Counted from the first letter of the stretch, positions 47,938-58,263 are shown. The stretch: 64,000 bases of DNA from Desulfatiglandales bacterium (GCA_963662465.1 OY759599.1:1728001-1792000), one strand, 5' to 3'. Program-made: numbers and translations. Notes: generated by a model not told the origin, from the sequence alone.

Positions 47938-49419
47938 ATGAAAATCTTGCTGATTTATCCGGAGTACCCGGCTACCTTTTGGAGTTTCAAGTACGCCCTT
48001 AAATTTATTCATAAAAGAGCGGCTTTGCCTCCTTTAGGCCTTTTGACCATAGGCGCAATGCTGCCCGAAAAATGGCCTAAAAAGTTGGTTGATTTGAATG
48101 TGACAAAACTTAAGGATGGGGATCTGGCATGGGCGGATTGCGCCTTTATCAGCGCCATGGTTTTGCAGAGAGCGTCAGCACGCGACATCATCGCCCGGTG
48201 CAAGGCGGCGAATCTCAAAGTCGTTGCCGGCGGGCCTCTATTTACCACCGAATATGAACAATTTGAGGATGTGGACCATTTTGTGTTGAATGAGGCGGAA
48301 CTGACCCTCCCCCCATTTCTGGCGGATCTGGAGAACGGGCGCGTCCAGCGCATCTACGAGACACGCGAGTTTTGCGACATCCATAAAACGCCTGTTCCCC
48401 TGTGGGAATTGATCGATTTTAAACACTATGCCACCATGGGCATTCAGTTTTCCCGCGGCTGTCCCTTCAATTGCGACTTTTGTAACATCACCGCATTATT
48501 CGGACACAAGTCACGTGTGAAAACAGCCGGGCAGATCATTGCCGAACTGGACGGGCTTTACAATCTGGGATGGCGTGGTTCCGGCTTTTTTGTGGATGAC
48601 AACTTTATCGGCAACAAAAGCTATTTAAAGAATCATCTTCTGCCCGCACTCACAAAATGGCAGAAAGACAGGAAAGGCCTTCCGTTCAATACGGAGGCTT
48701 CGGTCAATCTGGCCGATGATCCGGTATTGATGGAGATGATGGTCAAAGCGGGTTTTGATACGGTTTTTATCGGTATCGAAACACCCAATGAAGAGAGTTT
48801 GGGAGAATGCAACAAACAACAGAATCAGAATCGGGATTTGATTGAAAGTGTAAAGCTGATGCAGCGGGCCGGGCTGCAAGTGCAGGGCGGTTTCATTGTG
48901 GGATTCGATAATGACACGCCTTCCATTTTCCAGCGGCAGATTGACTTTATCCAGGAGAGCGGCATCGTGACGGCCATGGTGGGCTTGTTGAACGCTCCTC
49001 CCGGCACAAGGCTTCACGAACGAATGAGAGAGGAGGGGCGCCTTATCGATGTCATGAGCGGCGATAACGTGGATGGCACGACTAACTTCATGCCCAGAAT
49101 GGGGCTCGATGTTCTGCGCAAGGGACACGGAAATTTAATGCGGCACATATACGCCCCCGAGCATTACTATAAACGAGCGATGACCTTCCTCAGAGAGTAC
49201 CGGAAACCAAAGGTCAGGACCCCCATGGATTTTCAACGCCTGCTGGCAGTTTTACGGTCGAGTATCCGTCTGGGAATTTTCGGCGAGGAACGATTCCAGT
49301 ATTGGAAAATCCTGTCCTGGACCCTTTTTTGCCGTCCTCAATCTTTTGCGCTGGCCGTAAGCCTGGCAATTTACGGTCATCATTTTCGGAAAATCAGCAA
49401 CAGGAAGATAACACCATGA
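47938..49419 (+). CDS. B12-binding radical SAM protein with DUF4070-like C-terminus
   Basis: RBS AAGGAG. PPLGLLT, SRGCPFNCDFC (CxxxCxxC), FVDDNFIGN, FIGIETP, GGFIVGFD. Confidence 0.92.
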   Translation: MKILLIYPEYPATFWSFKYALKFIHKRAALPPLGLLTIGAMLPEKWPKKLVDLNVTKLKDGDLAWADCAFISAMVLQRASARDIIARCKAANLKVVAGGPLFTTEYEQFEDVDHFVLNEAELTLPPFLADLENGRVQRIYETREFCDIHKTPVPLWELIDFKHYATMGIQFSRGCPFNCDFCNITALFGHKSRVKTAGQIIAELDGLYNLGWRGSGFFVDDNFIGNKSYLKNHLLPALTKWQKDRKGLPFNTEASVNLADDPVLMEMMVKAGFDTVFIGIETPNEESLGECNKQQNQNRDLIESVKLMQRAGLQVQGGFIVGFDNDTPSIFQRQIDFIQESGIVTAMVGLLNAPPGTRLHERMREEGRLIDVMSGDNVDGTTNFMPRMGLDVLRKGHGNLMRHIYAPEHYYKRAMTFLREYRKPKVRTPMDFQRLLAVLRSSIRLGIFGEERFQYWKILSWTLFCRPQSFALAVSLAIYGHHFRKISNRKITP

Positions 49420-50201
49420 TTGAAGAATCCACGGAAGTTGTTTTCAATAAGCGGGTAGCCCCGAATACCTTCTTTATGGGGGTTCGTTCCGGCCCCATGG
49501 CAACAGAGGCCAAACCGGGTCAGTTTGTAATGATTCGAGTCCGTTCCGGAATAGACCCCCTGTTAAGACGGCCCTTTTCCATCTGTGGGGTTAAAGGAGA
49601 CGTATTGTTGATCCTTTACCGGGTGGTGGGCCATGGCACCGCCATCCTGGGGCAAAAAAAACCGGGGGACCTTTTGCGGGTTCTGGGGCCCCTCGGCAAA
49701 GGGTTTGAGCCCCCAGGCGGTGACGTGCAACCCATACTGGCGGCAGGCGGCATGGGCATCGCTCCTCTTATTTTCCTGTCGTTGACCCTGGAGCGGAAGG
49801 ACCAGCAATTTCTCGTGGGTTACGGTAATTCTTCCGAAGTCGTTTCCCTTGACCCACTGGGCATCGTGGGGCTTGTCCTCTTCATTGCCACCGAGGACGG
49901 TTCTCAGGGGCATCACGGACGGGTGACGGACCTGCTGGATTTACGCCTCTCGACCCTGAAAGGGAAATCCCCCGCTATCTTCACCTGCGGTCCTTTGCCC
50001 ATGTTGAAGGCCGTGGCAAAAATAGCCCTTGATCGCGCCATTCCCTGCCAGGTTTCCCTGGAATCCGCCATGGCCTGCGGCGTGGGCGCCTGTCAGGGGT
50101 GCGCCGTCAGAAAGGGCCGTGGTTCGACCAAACTCTATGCTCACGTGTGTCAGGATGGCCCTGTATTTGAGGCAAAAACCCTTGATTGGGAGGCATTTTA
50201 A
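49416..50201 (+). CDS. pyrK: Dihydroorotate dehydrogenase electron transfer subunit
   Basis: PGQFVM, LLRRPFSI, GPLGKGF, AGGMGIAP, CGPLPML, MACGVGACQGC, VCQDGPVF. ATG overlaps the upstream stop (ATGA). Confidence 0.9.
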   Translation: MIEESTEVVFNKRVAPNTFFMGVRSGPMATEAKPGQFVMIRVRSGIDPLLRRPFSICGVKGDVLLILYRVVGHGTAILGQKKPGDLLRVLGPLGKGFEPPGGDVQPILAAGGMGIAPLIFLSLTLERKDQQFLVGYGNSSEVVSLDPLGIVGLVLFIATEDGSQGHHGRVTDLLDLRLSTLKGKSPAIFTCGPLPMLKAVAKIALDRAIPCQVSLESAMACGVGACQGCAVRKGRGSTKLYAHVCQDGPVFEAKTLDWEAF

Positions 50202-50204
50202 ACC

Positions 50205-50240
50205 ATGAGCAACCCCGATCCGGCGGTTCAAATAAGCTGA
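50205..50240 (+). pseudogene. Possible 11-codon remnant of pyrD start
   Basis: MSNPDPAVQIS* directly after pyrK with RBS GGGAGG. Position and pattern resemble a PyrD type B N-terminus. Confidence 0.35.
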
Positions 50241-50284
50241 TTTTTATAGCTGCATTGTTTTGTAGGGACTACTTTACTGTCATG

Positions 50285-50338
50285 GCGTGAATAATTGCAC
50301 AAACTTTTATTGACATGTATTTGAGAACATGCTAGTTG
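50285..50338 (+). promoter_or_regulatory. Rex-like operator and sigma70 promoter upstream of sat
   Basis: GCGTGAATAATTGCACAA (50285-50302) resembles TTGTGAA-N4-TTCACAA. TTGACA at 50310-50315. Confidence 0.5.
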
Positions 50339-50500
50339 ACATCTGATTTACAGGTGTGGAAAGTTTTTTTGACTGCACCTGTTTTTTGATTGCACCGGAT
50401 GGTCCTTTGGAATTTGATGGTTTGCATGGGAACGCAGCCATGATGTTGGAAGTGTGATGTTTTTGTTAACCCATATTATTTAGAAATAGGAGAATTCACA

Positions 50501-51691
50501 ATGATTAAACCCCATGGATCCGATACCCTGAATCCCCTGTACGTTGAAGACGATGCCAAACGCGCCGCGCTGATCAAGGAAGCTGCGGGTCTGCCCTCTA
50601 TCGTCATCAGCTCCGCCGCCGCCGGCAATGCCGTGATGCTGGGCTCCGGATATTTTAATCCGCTGACCGGTTTCATGAACAAAGCCGACGCCATGGCCGT
50701 TGCCAAGAACATGCACATGGCAAACGGCTTTTTCTGGCCTACCCCCGTACTTAACATGGTGGAAGACGCTTCCGCCATCAAAGACGCCAAACGTATTGCG
50801 CTGCTGGATCCCAATGTGGAAGGGAACCCCGTGATCGCTATTCAAGACGTGGAAGCCATTGAGGAATACACCGATGACGAGATGAAAGCAATGACCGAGA
50901 GCATTTTCCGCACCCTCGACATGGATCATCCCGGCGTCAACGCCTTTAATACCGTCGGTAAAATCGGCATCTCCGGTCCCATCCAGGTGCTGAATTACTC
51001 CTACTTTGACAAAGAATTTCCGGATACATTCCGCACCGCCACGCAGATCCGCGACGAAATCGGCAAACTGGGCTGGGAAACGGTCGTGGCCTTTCAGACC
51101 CGTAACCCCATGCATCGCGCCCATGAGGGCCTGACCAAGATGGCCATGGAAGCCGTGAACGCCGATGGCGCCGTCATCCACATGCTGCTCGGCAAACTGA
51201 AACCGGGTGATATTCCCGCCGACGTGCGTGATGCCGCCATCCGTAAGATGGTTGAGTTGTATTTCAAGCCCAACACCGCTCTGATCACTGGATACGGTTT
51301 TGACATGCTTTATGCCGGTCCCAAAGAAGCCGTACTGCACGCTGTGTTCCGCCAGAACATGGGCTGTACCCACCTTATTGTGGGCCGTGACCATGCCGGC
51401 GTCGGCGATTACTACGGCGGATTTGACGCTCAGACCATCTTTGACGACATCACCAAAGACGATCTGTTGATTGATATTTACCGCGGCGATCATACCGCCT
51501 ATTCCAAGAAATTGGGCAAGGTGATCATGATGGGCAGCGTTACCGATCATAAGAAAGAAGACTGGGTCTTCCTGTCAGGCACCAAGGTTCGTGAAATGCT
51601 GGCCGCCGGCCAGGATCTGCCCCCGGAATTTGCGCGTCCGGAAGTGGCCAAGATTTTGATGGGTTACTATCAGGCGGAAGCCGCCAAGTAG
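50501..51691 (+). CDS. sat: Sulfate adenylyltransferase
   Basis: MIKPHG, PLTGFM, FQTRNPMHRAH, YAGPKEAVLHAVFRQNMGC, IVGRDHAGVG, LSGTKVREML. Confidence 0.96.
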   Translation: MIKPHGSDTLNPLYVEDDAKRAALIKEAAGLPSIVISSAAAGNAVMLGSGYFNPLTGFMNKADAMAVAKNMHMANGFFWPTPVLNMVEDASAIKDAKRIALLDPNVEGNPVIAIQDVEAIEEYTDDEMKAMTESIFRTLDMDHPGVNAFNTVGKIGISGPIQVLNYSYFDKEFPDTFRTATQIRDEIGKLGWETVVAFQTRNPMHRAHEGLTKMAMEAVNADGAVIHMLLGKLKPGDIPADVRDAAIRKMVELYFKPNTALITGYGFDMLYAGPKEAVLHAVFRQNMGCTHLIVGRDHAGVGDYYGGFDAQTIFDDITKDDLLIDIYRGDHTAYSKKLGKVIMMGSVTDHKKEDWVFLSGTKVREMLAAGQDLPPEFARPEVAKILMGYYQAEAAK

Positions 51692-51723
51692 TTCTGATCG
51701 ATTTGGATCAATTATAGCCGATT

Positions 51724-51765
51724 AAAAAAAGCGCCTGCCTGATTTCAGGTGGGCGCTTTCTTTTT
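51724..51765. terminator. Bidirectional intrinsic terminator
   Basis: A-tract, GCGCCTGCCTGA/TCAGGTGGGCGC stem, T-tract, between convergent genes. Confidence 0.85.
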
Positions 51766-51787
51766 GTTCAATTCCGCATTCCGCAAT

Positions 51788-51979
51788 CTATAATATCTCT
51801 TTAACTCTCCCCACCTGCCCATCCACGAGTCGTACCTTGATGCCGTGAGGATGGGTGGGCGAGCGGGTCAGGATGTCCTTGACGATGCCCATCGTTCGTT
51901 TGCCCGAGCGCTGGTCCGATTTTGTGACGATGGAAACTTGCGCCCCCTGTTGGATGTCTTTCCGTTTTTGGCCGTCCAT
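51788..51979 (-). CDS. YwbE-family (DUF2196) small protein
   Basis: MDGQKRKDIQQG..V.IVTKSDQRSGK.T.G.VKDILT.SPTHPHGIKVRL.DGQVGRVKEI. Confidence 0.85.
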   Translation of the reverse strand: MDGQKRKDIQQGAQVSIVTKSDQRSGKRTMGIVKDILTRSPTHPHGIKVRLVDGQVGRVKEIL

Positions 51980-53679
51980 TTTTTCTTAGGCTCCCGTTTC
52001 TTACCCGATCTGCTCGATTTTTCGTTCTTTTTTTCCGCATAGCCCATGGAAACCCTTTTGCCGTCCAGACTGGCGCCTTTCATGGATTTCATGACATGCG
52101 CCGCCTCATCAGCGGCCACTTCCAGGAAGGAAAACTCTCTCATCACCTCAATTTTCCCAATATGGCTGGAGGGAATGCCGCTTTTGTCGCACACCAGCCG
52201 CGTGATGGCTCCCTTTTGAACATTGTCCAGTTCCCCCATATTGAGGAACAGTTTTAAAATCCGGTCCGGCGCTTGCGGGAAATCCTTTGGGGATCTTTTT
52301 CCCGTGGCACCCTTTTTCCGAGGCGCCTTGTTCTGAGGTGCCTTGTTTTGAGGGGTGCGGGCATTGATATCCCCGGAATCCTTGTAGTAGTCCAGGAACC
52401 GGTTGAATTCGATGGCCACGAAATGCTGGATCAATTCTTCTTTTGACAGGGTCACCAGCAAATCGTACACGGGGGGAAGAAAAGGCGCTATTTCTTCATG
52501 ATTGATATCGGTCGCTACCAGCCTTTCCACCATGCCGTAGATTTGTTTCTCGCAGATGGCGCGGCCACTGGGGACTTTCTCATATTGAAACCGGACGCCT
52601 GTCACCTGTTCCACATGGGCCAGTTTTCGATTTTCCCGGGTATTGATGAGAACAATGGACGTTCCTGATTTTCCGGCCCTTGCGGTTCGTCCGCTTCGGT
52701 GGGTATAGCTCCCGGGTTCATCGGGAAGATTGTACTGGATGACATGGCTGATATCATCCACATCCAGGCCGCGTGCGGCCACGTCGGTTGCCACGAGAAT
52801 TTGGAGGCTTTTTTCCCTGAACCGCCGCATGACGTAATCCCGTTGGGTCTGGGACAAATCCCCGTGCAGGCTTTCCGCATTATAGCCGTCTTTGATGAGT
52901 TTTTCGGCCACGGTTTGGGTTTCCTTTCGGGTGCGGCAGAAAACCAGGCTGAAGATATTGGGATGATAGTCGATGATCCGTTTCAGCGCCGGATAGCGGT
53001 TTTTTTCCATCACCATATATTTGAAATGGGAGATGTTCCCGGCGCCGCTGTTTTTCCGTCCGATGGTAATTTCCACCTGATCCTTCATGTAATTGCGCGA
53101 AATTCTGGCCACCGGTTCCGTCATGGTAGCGGAAAAAAGCCAGGTCCTTTTTTCCGGAGGGGTTTTGGCCAGGATTTCATCCAGGTCGTCCAAAAACCCC
53201 ATGGTGAGCATTTCATCGGCCTCATCGAGAACCACATAATCAATGCGTTTCAGGTTGACGATGCCTCTGTGAATCAGGTCCAGGAGCCGACCCGGGGTTG
53301 CCGCGATGATTTGGGCGCCGTTTTTGATTTGCCGGATTTGCGGTTCCATGCCGGCGCCCCCATAGACAGCGACGATTTTGGCGTTTTTGATATATCGACT
53401 GTAACGGATCAAATCCTTTGAAATCTGTACGCATAGTTCACGGGTGGGACACAGGATCAGGCCTTGAGCCTGCGGCCTTGAAAAATCGATCAACTGGAGC
53501 AGGGGCAAGCCGTATGCCGCTGTTTTGCCGGTTCCCGTCTGTGCCAGGCCCACCAGGTCCTGGCGACCTGAAATAATGGCGGGGATGGCCTTTTCCTGTA
53601 TGGGGGTGGGTTCTTTAAATCCTAAGTGGTGAACCGCTCTGATGAGATGTTGCTCTAAGCCTAATGTTTCAAAATCCAT
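51868..53679 (-). CDS. DEAD-box RNA helicase with DbpA-type RNA-binding domain
   Basis: AQTGTGKT, PTREL, TPGRLLD, LDEADEM, SAT, ARGLD, HRSGRTARAG. Confidence 0.95.
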   Translation of the reverse strand: MDFETLGLEQHLIRAVHHLGFKEPTPIQEKAIPAIISGRQDLVGLAQTGTGKTAAYGLPLLQLIDFSRPQAQGLILCPTRELCVQISKDLIRYSRYIKNAKIVAVYGGAGMEPQIRQIKNGAQIIAATPGRLLDLIHRGIVNLKRIDYVVLDEADEMLTMGFLDDLDEILAKTPPEKRTWLFSATMTEPVARISRNYMKDQVEITIGRKNSGAGNISHFKYMVMEKNRYPALKRIIDYHPNIFSLVFCRTRKETQTVAEKLIKDGYNAESLHGDLSQTQRDYVMRRFREKSLQILVATDVAARGLDVDDISHVIQYNLPDEPGSYTHRSGRTARAGKSGTSIVLINTRENRKLAHVEQVTGVRFQYEKVPSGRAICEKQIYGMVERLVATDINHEEIAPFLPPVYDLLVTLSKEELIQHFVAIEFNRFLDYYKDSGDINARTPQNKAPQNKAPRKKGATGKRSPKDFPQAPDRILKLFLNMGELDNVQKGAITRLVCDKSGIPSSHIGKIEVMREFSFLEVAADEAAHVMKSMKGASLDGKRVSMGYAEKKNEKSSRSGKKREPKKKWTAKNGKTSNRGRKFPSSQNRTSARANERWASSRTS

Positions 53680-53872
53680 AGGGTAAAATATTCAACCTTT
53701 CGTTTGCTTGGATCCGGATGTGGACCGCAAAGGCGGCGCATCCAGTCTGCTGTTAAATTTAAAACTTTTTAATCTATAACATATACGATAAGAAATCAAT
53801 AGCTATTTAAAATTTAAGGGTTCTTTATGTTAATTGTTTATAGATTTTAAAGGGATGGCTGTTTTTTACTTC

Positions 53873-53901
53873 TTGACTCGTAACCTCAATTCTCATAAAC
53901 T
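53873..53901 (+). promoter_or_regulatory. Putative sigma70 promoter for PEPCK
   Basis: TTGACT-N17-TAAACT. Confidence 0.5.
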
Positions 53902-53985
53902 CCTAATTTTTCGAGCTGTGTGGCCAACGGCTAACCGCTCACAGGTCTATTTTTTTCAGAAACTTCCGAAAAGGAGATAAGCGAG

Positions 53986-55947
53986 ATGCTGCAAAACAAG
54001 GTAGGATACGATATTATCCAGAAAATTGGTGGCGTATCAACGATGGAAGAGGTCAGCACGGTTTTCGAAAAACACATGGACGCGGTCAATCTGGCCAAGA
54101 TTCGGAGAATCAAGAACGTTGATGCCCTCCTGAAAATCGCCAATGCCATTGTCATGTGTACTCCCGATGACATTTTCGTAAATACCGGTTCAAAGGAAGA
54201 TGTTCAAAGGGTCAACGAACTGGCGCTGGAAAAGAGTGAAGAGGCTAAGCTGGCCATGCAGGGTCACACCATCCATTTTGATCTGGCGGCCGAACAGGGC
54301 CGGATTATCGACCGCACCTTTTATATCACCAATCCGGATGAGGAGATCAGTTCCCTGGCCAATCGAATGGACCGGGATGATGCGCTGAAAGATGTGCAGG
54401 AGAAGATGAGCGGCATTATGAAAGGCAAAACCATGGTGATCGGATTTTACAGTCGCGGTCCCGTGGGTTCTCCGGGATCCAACCCTGCCATTGAAGTCAC
54501 CAGTTCTCTCTATGTGTGTCACAGCGCCGAACTCCTCTACCGGAATGCGTTTGACGCTTTTGATAAAGAAGTGGCGCGGTTGGGCCATTTCTATGCCAAT
54601 ATTCACAGCGAAGGGCTTAACCGAACGGAAGATCTGCCCAATGCGCGCGTGTTCATGGACCGTAGTTTCCAGACCACCTACAGTATGAATTGCACTTACG
54701 CCGGGAATACCTTGCTGTTGAAAAAAGGAAATCACCGCTTTTCCGTGGACAAGGCCGTCTATACGAATCGGGGCAATGAACTGGCGGAACACATGTTTAT
54801 CACGGGAATTGAAGGTTCCGACAAAAAGCGGGTCACCTGGTTTGCGGGAGCGGCCCCCAGCGGTTGTGGAAAGACGACCACGGCCATGGCCGGTACGCAC
54901 TTTCTTGGAGACGACCTGGCCCAGATGTGGATCGCCGAAGACGGCGGCGTTCGGTCCGTCAACCCGGAAGCGGGTATTTTCGGGATCGTGGAAGACGTGA
55001 ACCGGGAAGGGGATCCCCTTTTGATGGATTGCCTGCGAAAACCCGGTACGGAAGTGATCTGGACCAATGTGCTGATCGATGAAAACAAGGTTCCCCACTG
55101 GGTGGGCAACGGCGAGACGCCGCCCAAAAAGGGCTTTAACTTTCAGGGACCCTGGGAAGAGGGGATGCTGGATGAAAAGGGCAAGCCTGTGCCCATGAGT
55201 CATCCCAACTCAAGATGTACCTTGGATGCAACGGCTTTGGCCAATTGCTCGGACCGGTTTGAAGATCCTGCCGGCGTTGAGACCAGCGTGATCACTTACA
55301 GCGGCCGCGACAGCGACACCATGCCGCCGGTGTGGGTGGCGCTTACCCCGGATCATGGGGTGGTCATCGGCGCCTCCATTGTTTCGGCGGCAACGGCAAC
55401 CGAAGTGGGCGCCACCGGCGTCAAGCGCGCCCCCTGGGCCAACGCCCCTTTTATTCCGGGTGCTTTGGCGGATTATATGGATGCGCAGTTCAAGTTTTTC
55501 AACAGTAAAAAAATTAATGACAAGAAGCGGCCTATTCTGGCCGGTCTCAACTATTTTCTGACTGATGGGGCCAGGGGAGGGGAATCCAAAAAACTGCTGG
55601 GCGAAAAGCGGGACGTGAAAGTGTGGCTGGGGTGGCTGGAGAGGCGCTTCCATAAGGAAGCGGACGCCATTGAAACCCCCATGGGATTTATCCCAAAATA
55701 TGAGGATTTAAAAAAGCTGTTCAAGGATATTATTGGTAAAGAATACCCCGAAGATCTTTATGTCAAACAATTCTCCCTTTATATTGACAACATCGTTGCT
55801 CGCTTGGATCTACAGAAGGCGGCTTATGGAAAAGAGAAGAATGTTCCGGCACGGCTTTTTGAAATTTTAGATGAGCAAAGAGAGGGATTGGCGGCACTCA
55901 AAGAAAAATTCGGGGCTATTGTCGCCCCGGCTCAGCTTATGAAATAG
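53986..55947 (+). CDS. pckG: Phosphoenolpyruvate carboxykinase (GTP)
   Basis: YAGNTLLLKK, LAEHMFI, GAAPSGCGKT, LGDDLA, NPEAGIFG, SHPNSR. Confidence 0.92.
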   Translation: MLQNKVGYDIIQKIGGVSTMEEVSTVFEKHMDAVNLAKIRRIKNVDALLKIANAIVMCTPDDIFVNTGSKEDVQRVNELALEKSEEAKLAMQGHTIHFDLAAEQGRIIDRTFYITNPDEEISSLANRMDRDDALKDVQEKMSGIMKGKTMVIGFYSRGPVGSPGSNPAIEVTSSLYVCHSAELLYRNAFDAFDKEVARLGHFYANIHSEGLNRTEDLPNARVFMDRSFQTTYSMNCTYAGNTLLLKKGNHRFSVDKAVYTNRGNELAEHMFITGIEGSDKKRVTWFAGAAPSGCGKTTTAMAGTHFLGDDLAQMWIAEDGGVRSVNPEAGIFGIVEDVNREGDPLLMDCLRKPGTEVIWTNVLIDENKVPHWVGNGETPPKKGFNFQGPWEEGMLDEKGKPVPMSHPNSRCTLDATALANCSDRFEDPAGVETSVITYSGRDSDTMPPVWVALTPDHGVVIGASIVSAATATEVGATGVKRAPWANAPFIPGALADYMDAQFKFFNSKKINDKKRPILAGLNYFLTDGARGGESKKLLGEKRDVKVWLGWLERRFHKEADAIETPMGFIPKYEDLKKLFKDIIGKEYPEDLYVKQFSLYIDNIVARLDLQKAAYGKEKNVPARLFEILDEQREGLAALKEKFGAIVAPAQLMK

Positions 55948-55993
55948 CAAGGGGTTTTGCCCCGGCTGTTTTGGGCGTAAAGAGGATTTGATG

Positions 55994-56033
55994 AAAAGGG
56001 CAGGGCGCTTTTTTGTACACTGCCCTTTTTTTT
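55994..56033 (+). terminator. Intrinsic terminator after PEPCK
   Basis: AAAAGGGCAG...CTGCCCTTTTTTTT. Confidence 0.75.
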
Positions 56034-56115
56034 GTTATTGTTTGCCCTTTACCGCAAGATGGTCGGGAGGAGATGTTCCAGCCGATGAATGGGGCAATCT
56101 TTAAGAGGGATTAAG

Positions 56116-58263
56116 ATGGCGAAAGAAACAGTGACCGGTATATGTGGCATATGCCCCGGTGGATGTGGTGTGAAGGTGATCCTGGTGGACGGCAAAATTG
56201 AGAAAATTCTGCCCGTTAAGGATCATCCCGTGGGCGTCGTATGTATTCGGGGCATTCATTCAAAGGACATCATCTATTCAAAGGATCGTTTGAAATATCC
56301 GTTGCTCCGGGTGGGCAAAAAGGGCGAGGGGAAATTCGAGAAAATCACCTGGGATGAGGCCATGGACCGCATTGTTCACGGGTTTCAAAAGACCCGGGAT
56401 GAATACGGCGCCCGAGCCGTTATGAGCTACTTCGGCCGCGGCAGTTTCGATTCAAACCTTGTGGATGTCTTTGGTGCGCCCAATCCCACCAGCAAAGGCG
56501 TCACCGGATTTTTGTATCCCTTTGGCTCCCCCAACGGCACAGGGGTTTCTTCCCTTTGCTCCGTGTCCTATAATCTCCTTTCCGCAATCCCGACCATCGG
56601 CGCCTCCATGCACGCCACTTATCCGGATTTTGAGAATACGGATCTGGTTGTGATATGGGGCGCCAATCCACCAACGGACTCGCCGCCGAACAAGGTGAAA
56701 AAGATCCTGGCCGCTAAAAAGCGGGGCGCTAAGGTGGTGGTCATCGATCACATGCGAAGCCGGATGGCGAAAATGGCGAATCAGTGGATTGGCATCCGCT
56801 CCGGTACGGACGGGGCACTGGCGCTCTGTATCATGCATGTTATTATAAAAGAAGGCCTTTATGACCAGGAGTTTGTGCGGGACTGGACTTCGGGTTTTGA
56901 GGCCCTTCGAGACTATGTGCGGGGGTTTTCCCCGGAAAAGGTGGAAAAAATTACCCGCGTACCCCATGAGACCATCGTCGCCCTGGCGCGGTCCATTGCC
57001 GGGGCCAAGGGGGCTTCCCTGCTCATGTATACGGGACTGGAATACAGCAACAGCGGGGTCCAGAGCATCCGGGCCGTGTTGTGCCTCTGGGCTGTCACGG
57101 GCAACCTGGACGTGAAAGGCGGGTTGATGTTCAGGCCCCTCAGCCCCGCGAAATTCCCGCGTATCCAGCTTGACCCGCCCGTGGGCGTAAACCCCATCGG
57201 CGCGGACCGGCATCCTTTTTTTTGCCACATGCTGAAATCGGCGCAGTTTATGGAAGCGCCCCGGGCAATTCTTGAGGGCAACCCCTATCCCGTCAAGACC
57301 CTGTTGATTTTCGGCGCGTCGCTTTTGACCAGTCTGCCCGATCCGAATCTGTGGAAGAAATCTTTTGAAGCCCTTGATTTCATGGTGGTGTACGACCGGT
57401 TCATGACGGCGGATGCCATGTATGCCGATGTGGTACTTCCCGCCATCACCCAGTATGAAAATATGGGGTATCAGAAATATCCCAACGGATACTGTCAGTT
57501 ACGGCCGAAGATGATTGATCCCATAGGGGAGGGCAGGTCCGGATACACGTTTTTGTCGGATCTGGCCAAGGGGCTCGGGTATGGGAATCTGTTTCCGGCC
57601 ACGGAGGAGGACCGTCTTGAATTTGTCTTTAAAACCGGCCCCGTAACGTTGGCCGAACTGAAGGCGAATCCGGAAGGGGTTCGGTATGATGCCGGTCGGC
57701 AGGCATACCGGAAATATGCCGGGGGCCTTTTGCGTCACGATGGAGAACCGGGATTTGACACCCCTTCGGGGAAGATAGAACTGGTATCCAGCCTTTTGGA
57801 AGAATATGGCTATAACGGGCTGCCCGTATACTCCGAGCCTACCGAAGGCCCCCTTGGCAGTCCCGAACTCTTCAAAAAATATCCCCTGGTATTCAATAGC
57901 GGGGCCAGGCTCCAGTCTGCGTTTCGATCACAGCACCTGAATATTCCGGGGTTATTGAAGTTACACCCCAGGCCCCTGGTTTTGATTCACCCCGTAGATG
58001 CCGGGGTCAGGGGAATTGAAGATCAGGACCGGGTATGGGTGGAATCCCCCAGGGGGCGCGTGGGCTTTTGGGCCAGGGTTACGGACGACGTGATGACGGG
58101 ACAGGTGGAGGTGAACGTGGGTGGCGGGAGCCCCATCCATTCAGCGCCGTGGCGGGAAGCCAACACCAACTATCTGACCGATCCCGAGAATCGCGATCCG
58201 ATTTCAGGTTTCCCCGTATACAAGGCCCTGTTGTGTGAGGTGAGAAAAAGGGATTGCCCTTAG
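56116..58263 (+). CDS. Molybdopterin-dependent oxidoreductase (DMSO reductase family) catalytic subunit
   Basis: CGICPGGC..C 4Fe-4S motif, DRLKYPL, WGANP, GTDGALAL, ADVVLPA, TPSGKIE, IHPVDA. Confidence 0.9.
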   Translation: MAKETVTGICGICPGGCGVKVILVDGKIEKILPVKDHPVGVVCIRGIHSKDIIYSKDRLKYPLLRVGKKGEGKFEKITWDEAMDRIVHGFQKTRDEYGARAVMSYFGRGSFDSNLVDVFGAPNPTSKGVTGFLYPFGSPNGTGVSSLCSVSYNLLSAIPTIGASMHATYPDFENTDLVVIWGANPPTDSPPNKVKKILAAKKRGAKVVVIDHMRSRMAKMANQWIGIRSGTDGALALCIMHVIIKEGLYDQEFVRDWTSGFEALRDYVRGFSPEKVEKITRVPHETIVALARSIAGAKGASLLMYTGLEYSNSGVQSIRAVLCLWAVTGNLDVKGGLMFRPLSPAKFPRIQLDPPVGVNPIGADRHPFFCHMLKSAQFMEAPRAILEGNPYPVKTLLIFGASLLTSLPDPNLWKKSFEALDFMVVYDRFMTADAMYADVVLPAITQYENMGYQKYPNGYCQLRPKMIDPIGEGRSGYTFLSDLAKGLGYGNLFPATEEDRLEFVFKTGPVTLAELKANPEGVRYDAGRQAYRKYAGGLLRHDGEPGFDTPSGKIELVSSLLEEYGYNGLPVYSEPTEGPLGSPELFKKYPLVFNSGARLQSAFRSQHLNIPGLLKLHPRPLVLIHPVDAGVRGIEDQDRVWVESPRGRVGFWARVTDDVMTGQVEVNVGGGSPIHSAPWREANTNYLTDPENRDPISGFPVYKALLCEVRKRDCP

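Noticed and set aside
50480..51550. 356-aa minus-strand ORF
   Set aside because: Antisense shadow of sat, explained by codon bias.
51868..51979. 112-nt overlap of the helicase tail with the YwbE-like gene as a special feature
   Set aside because: The overlapping helicase tail is low-complexity and basic. It is most simply a stop-codon extension.
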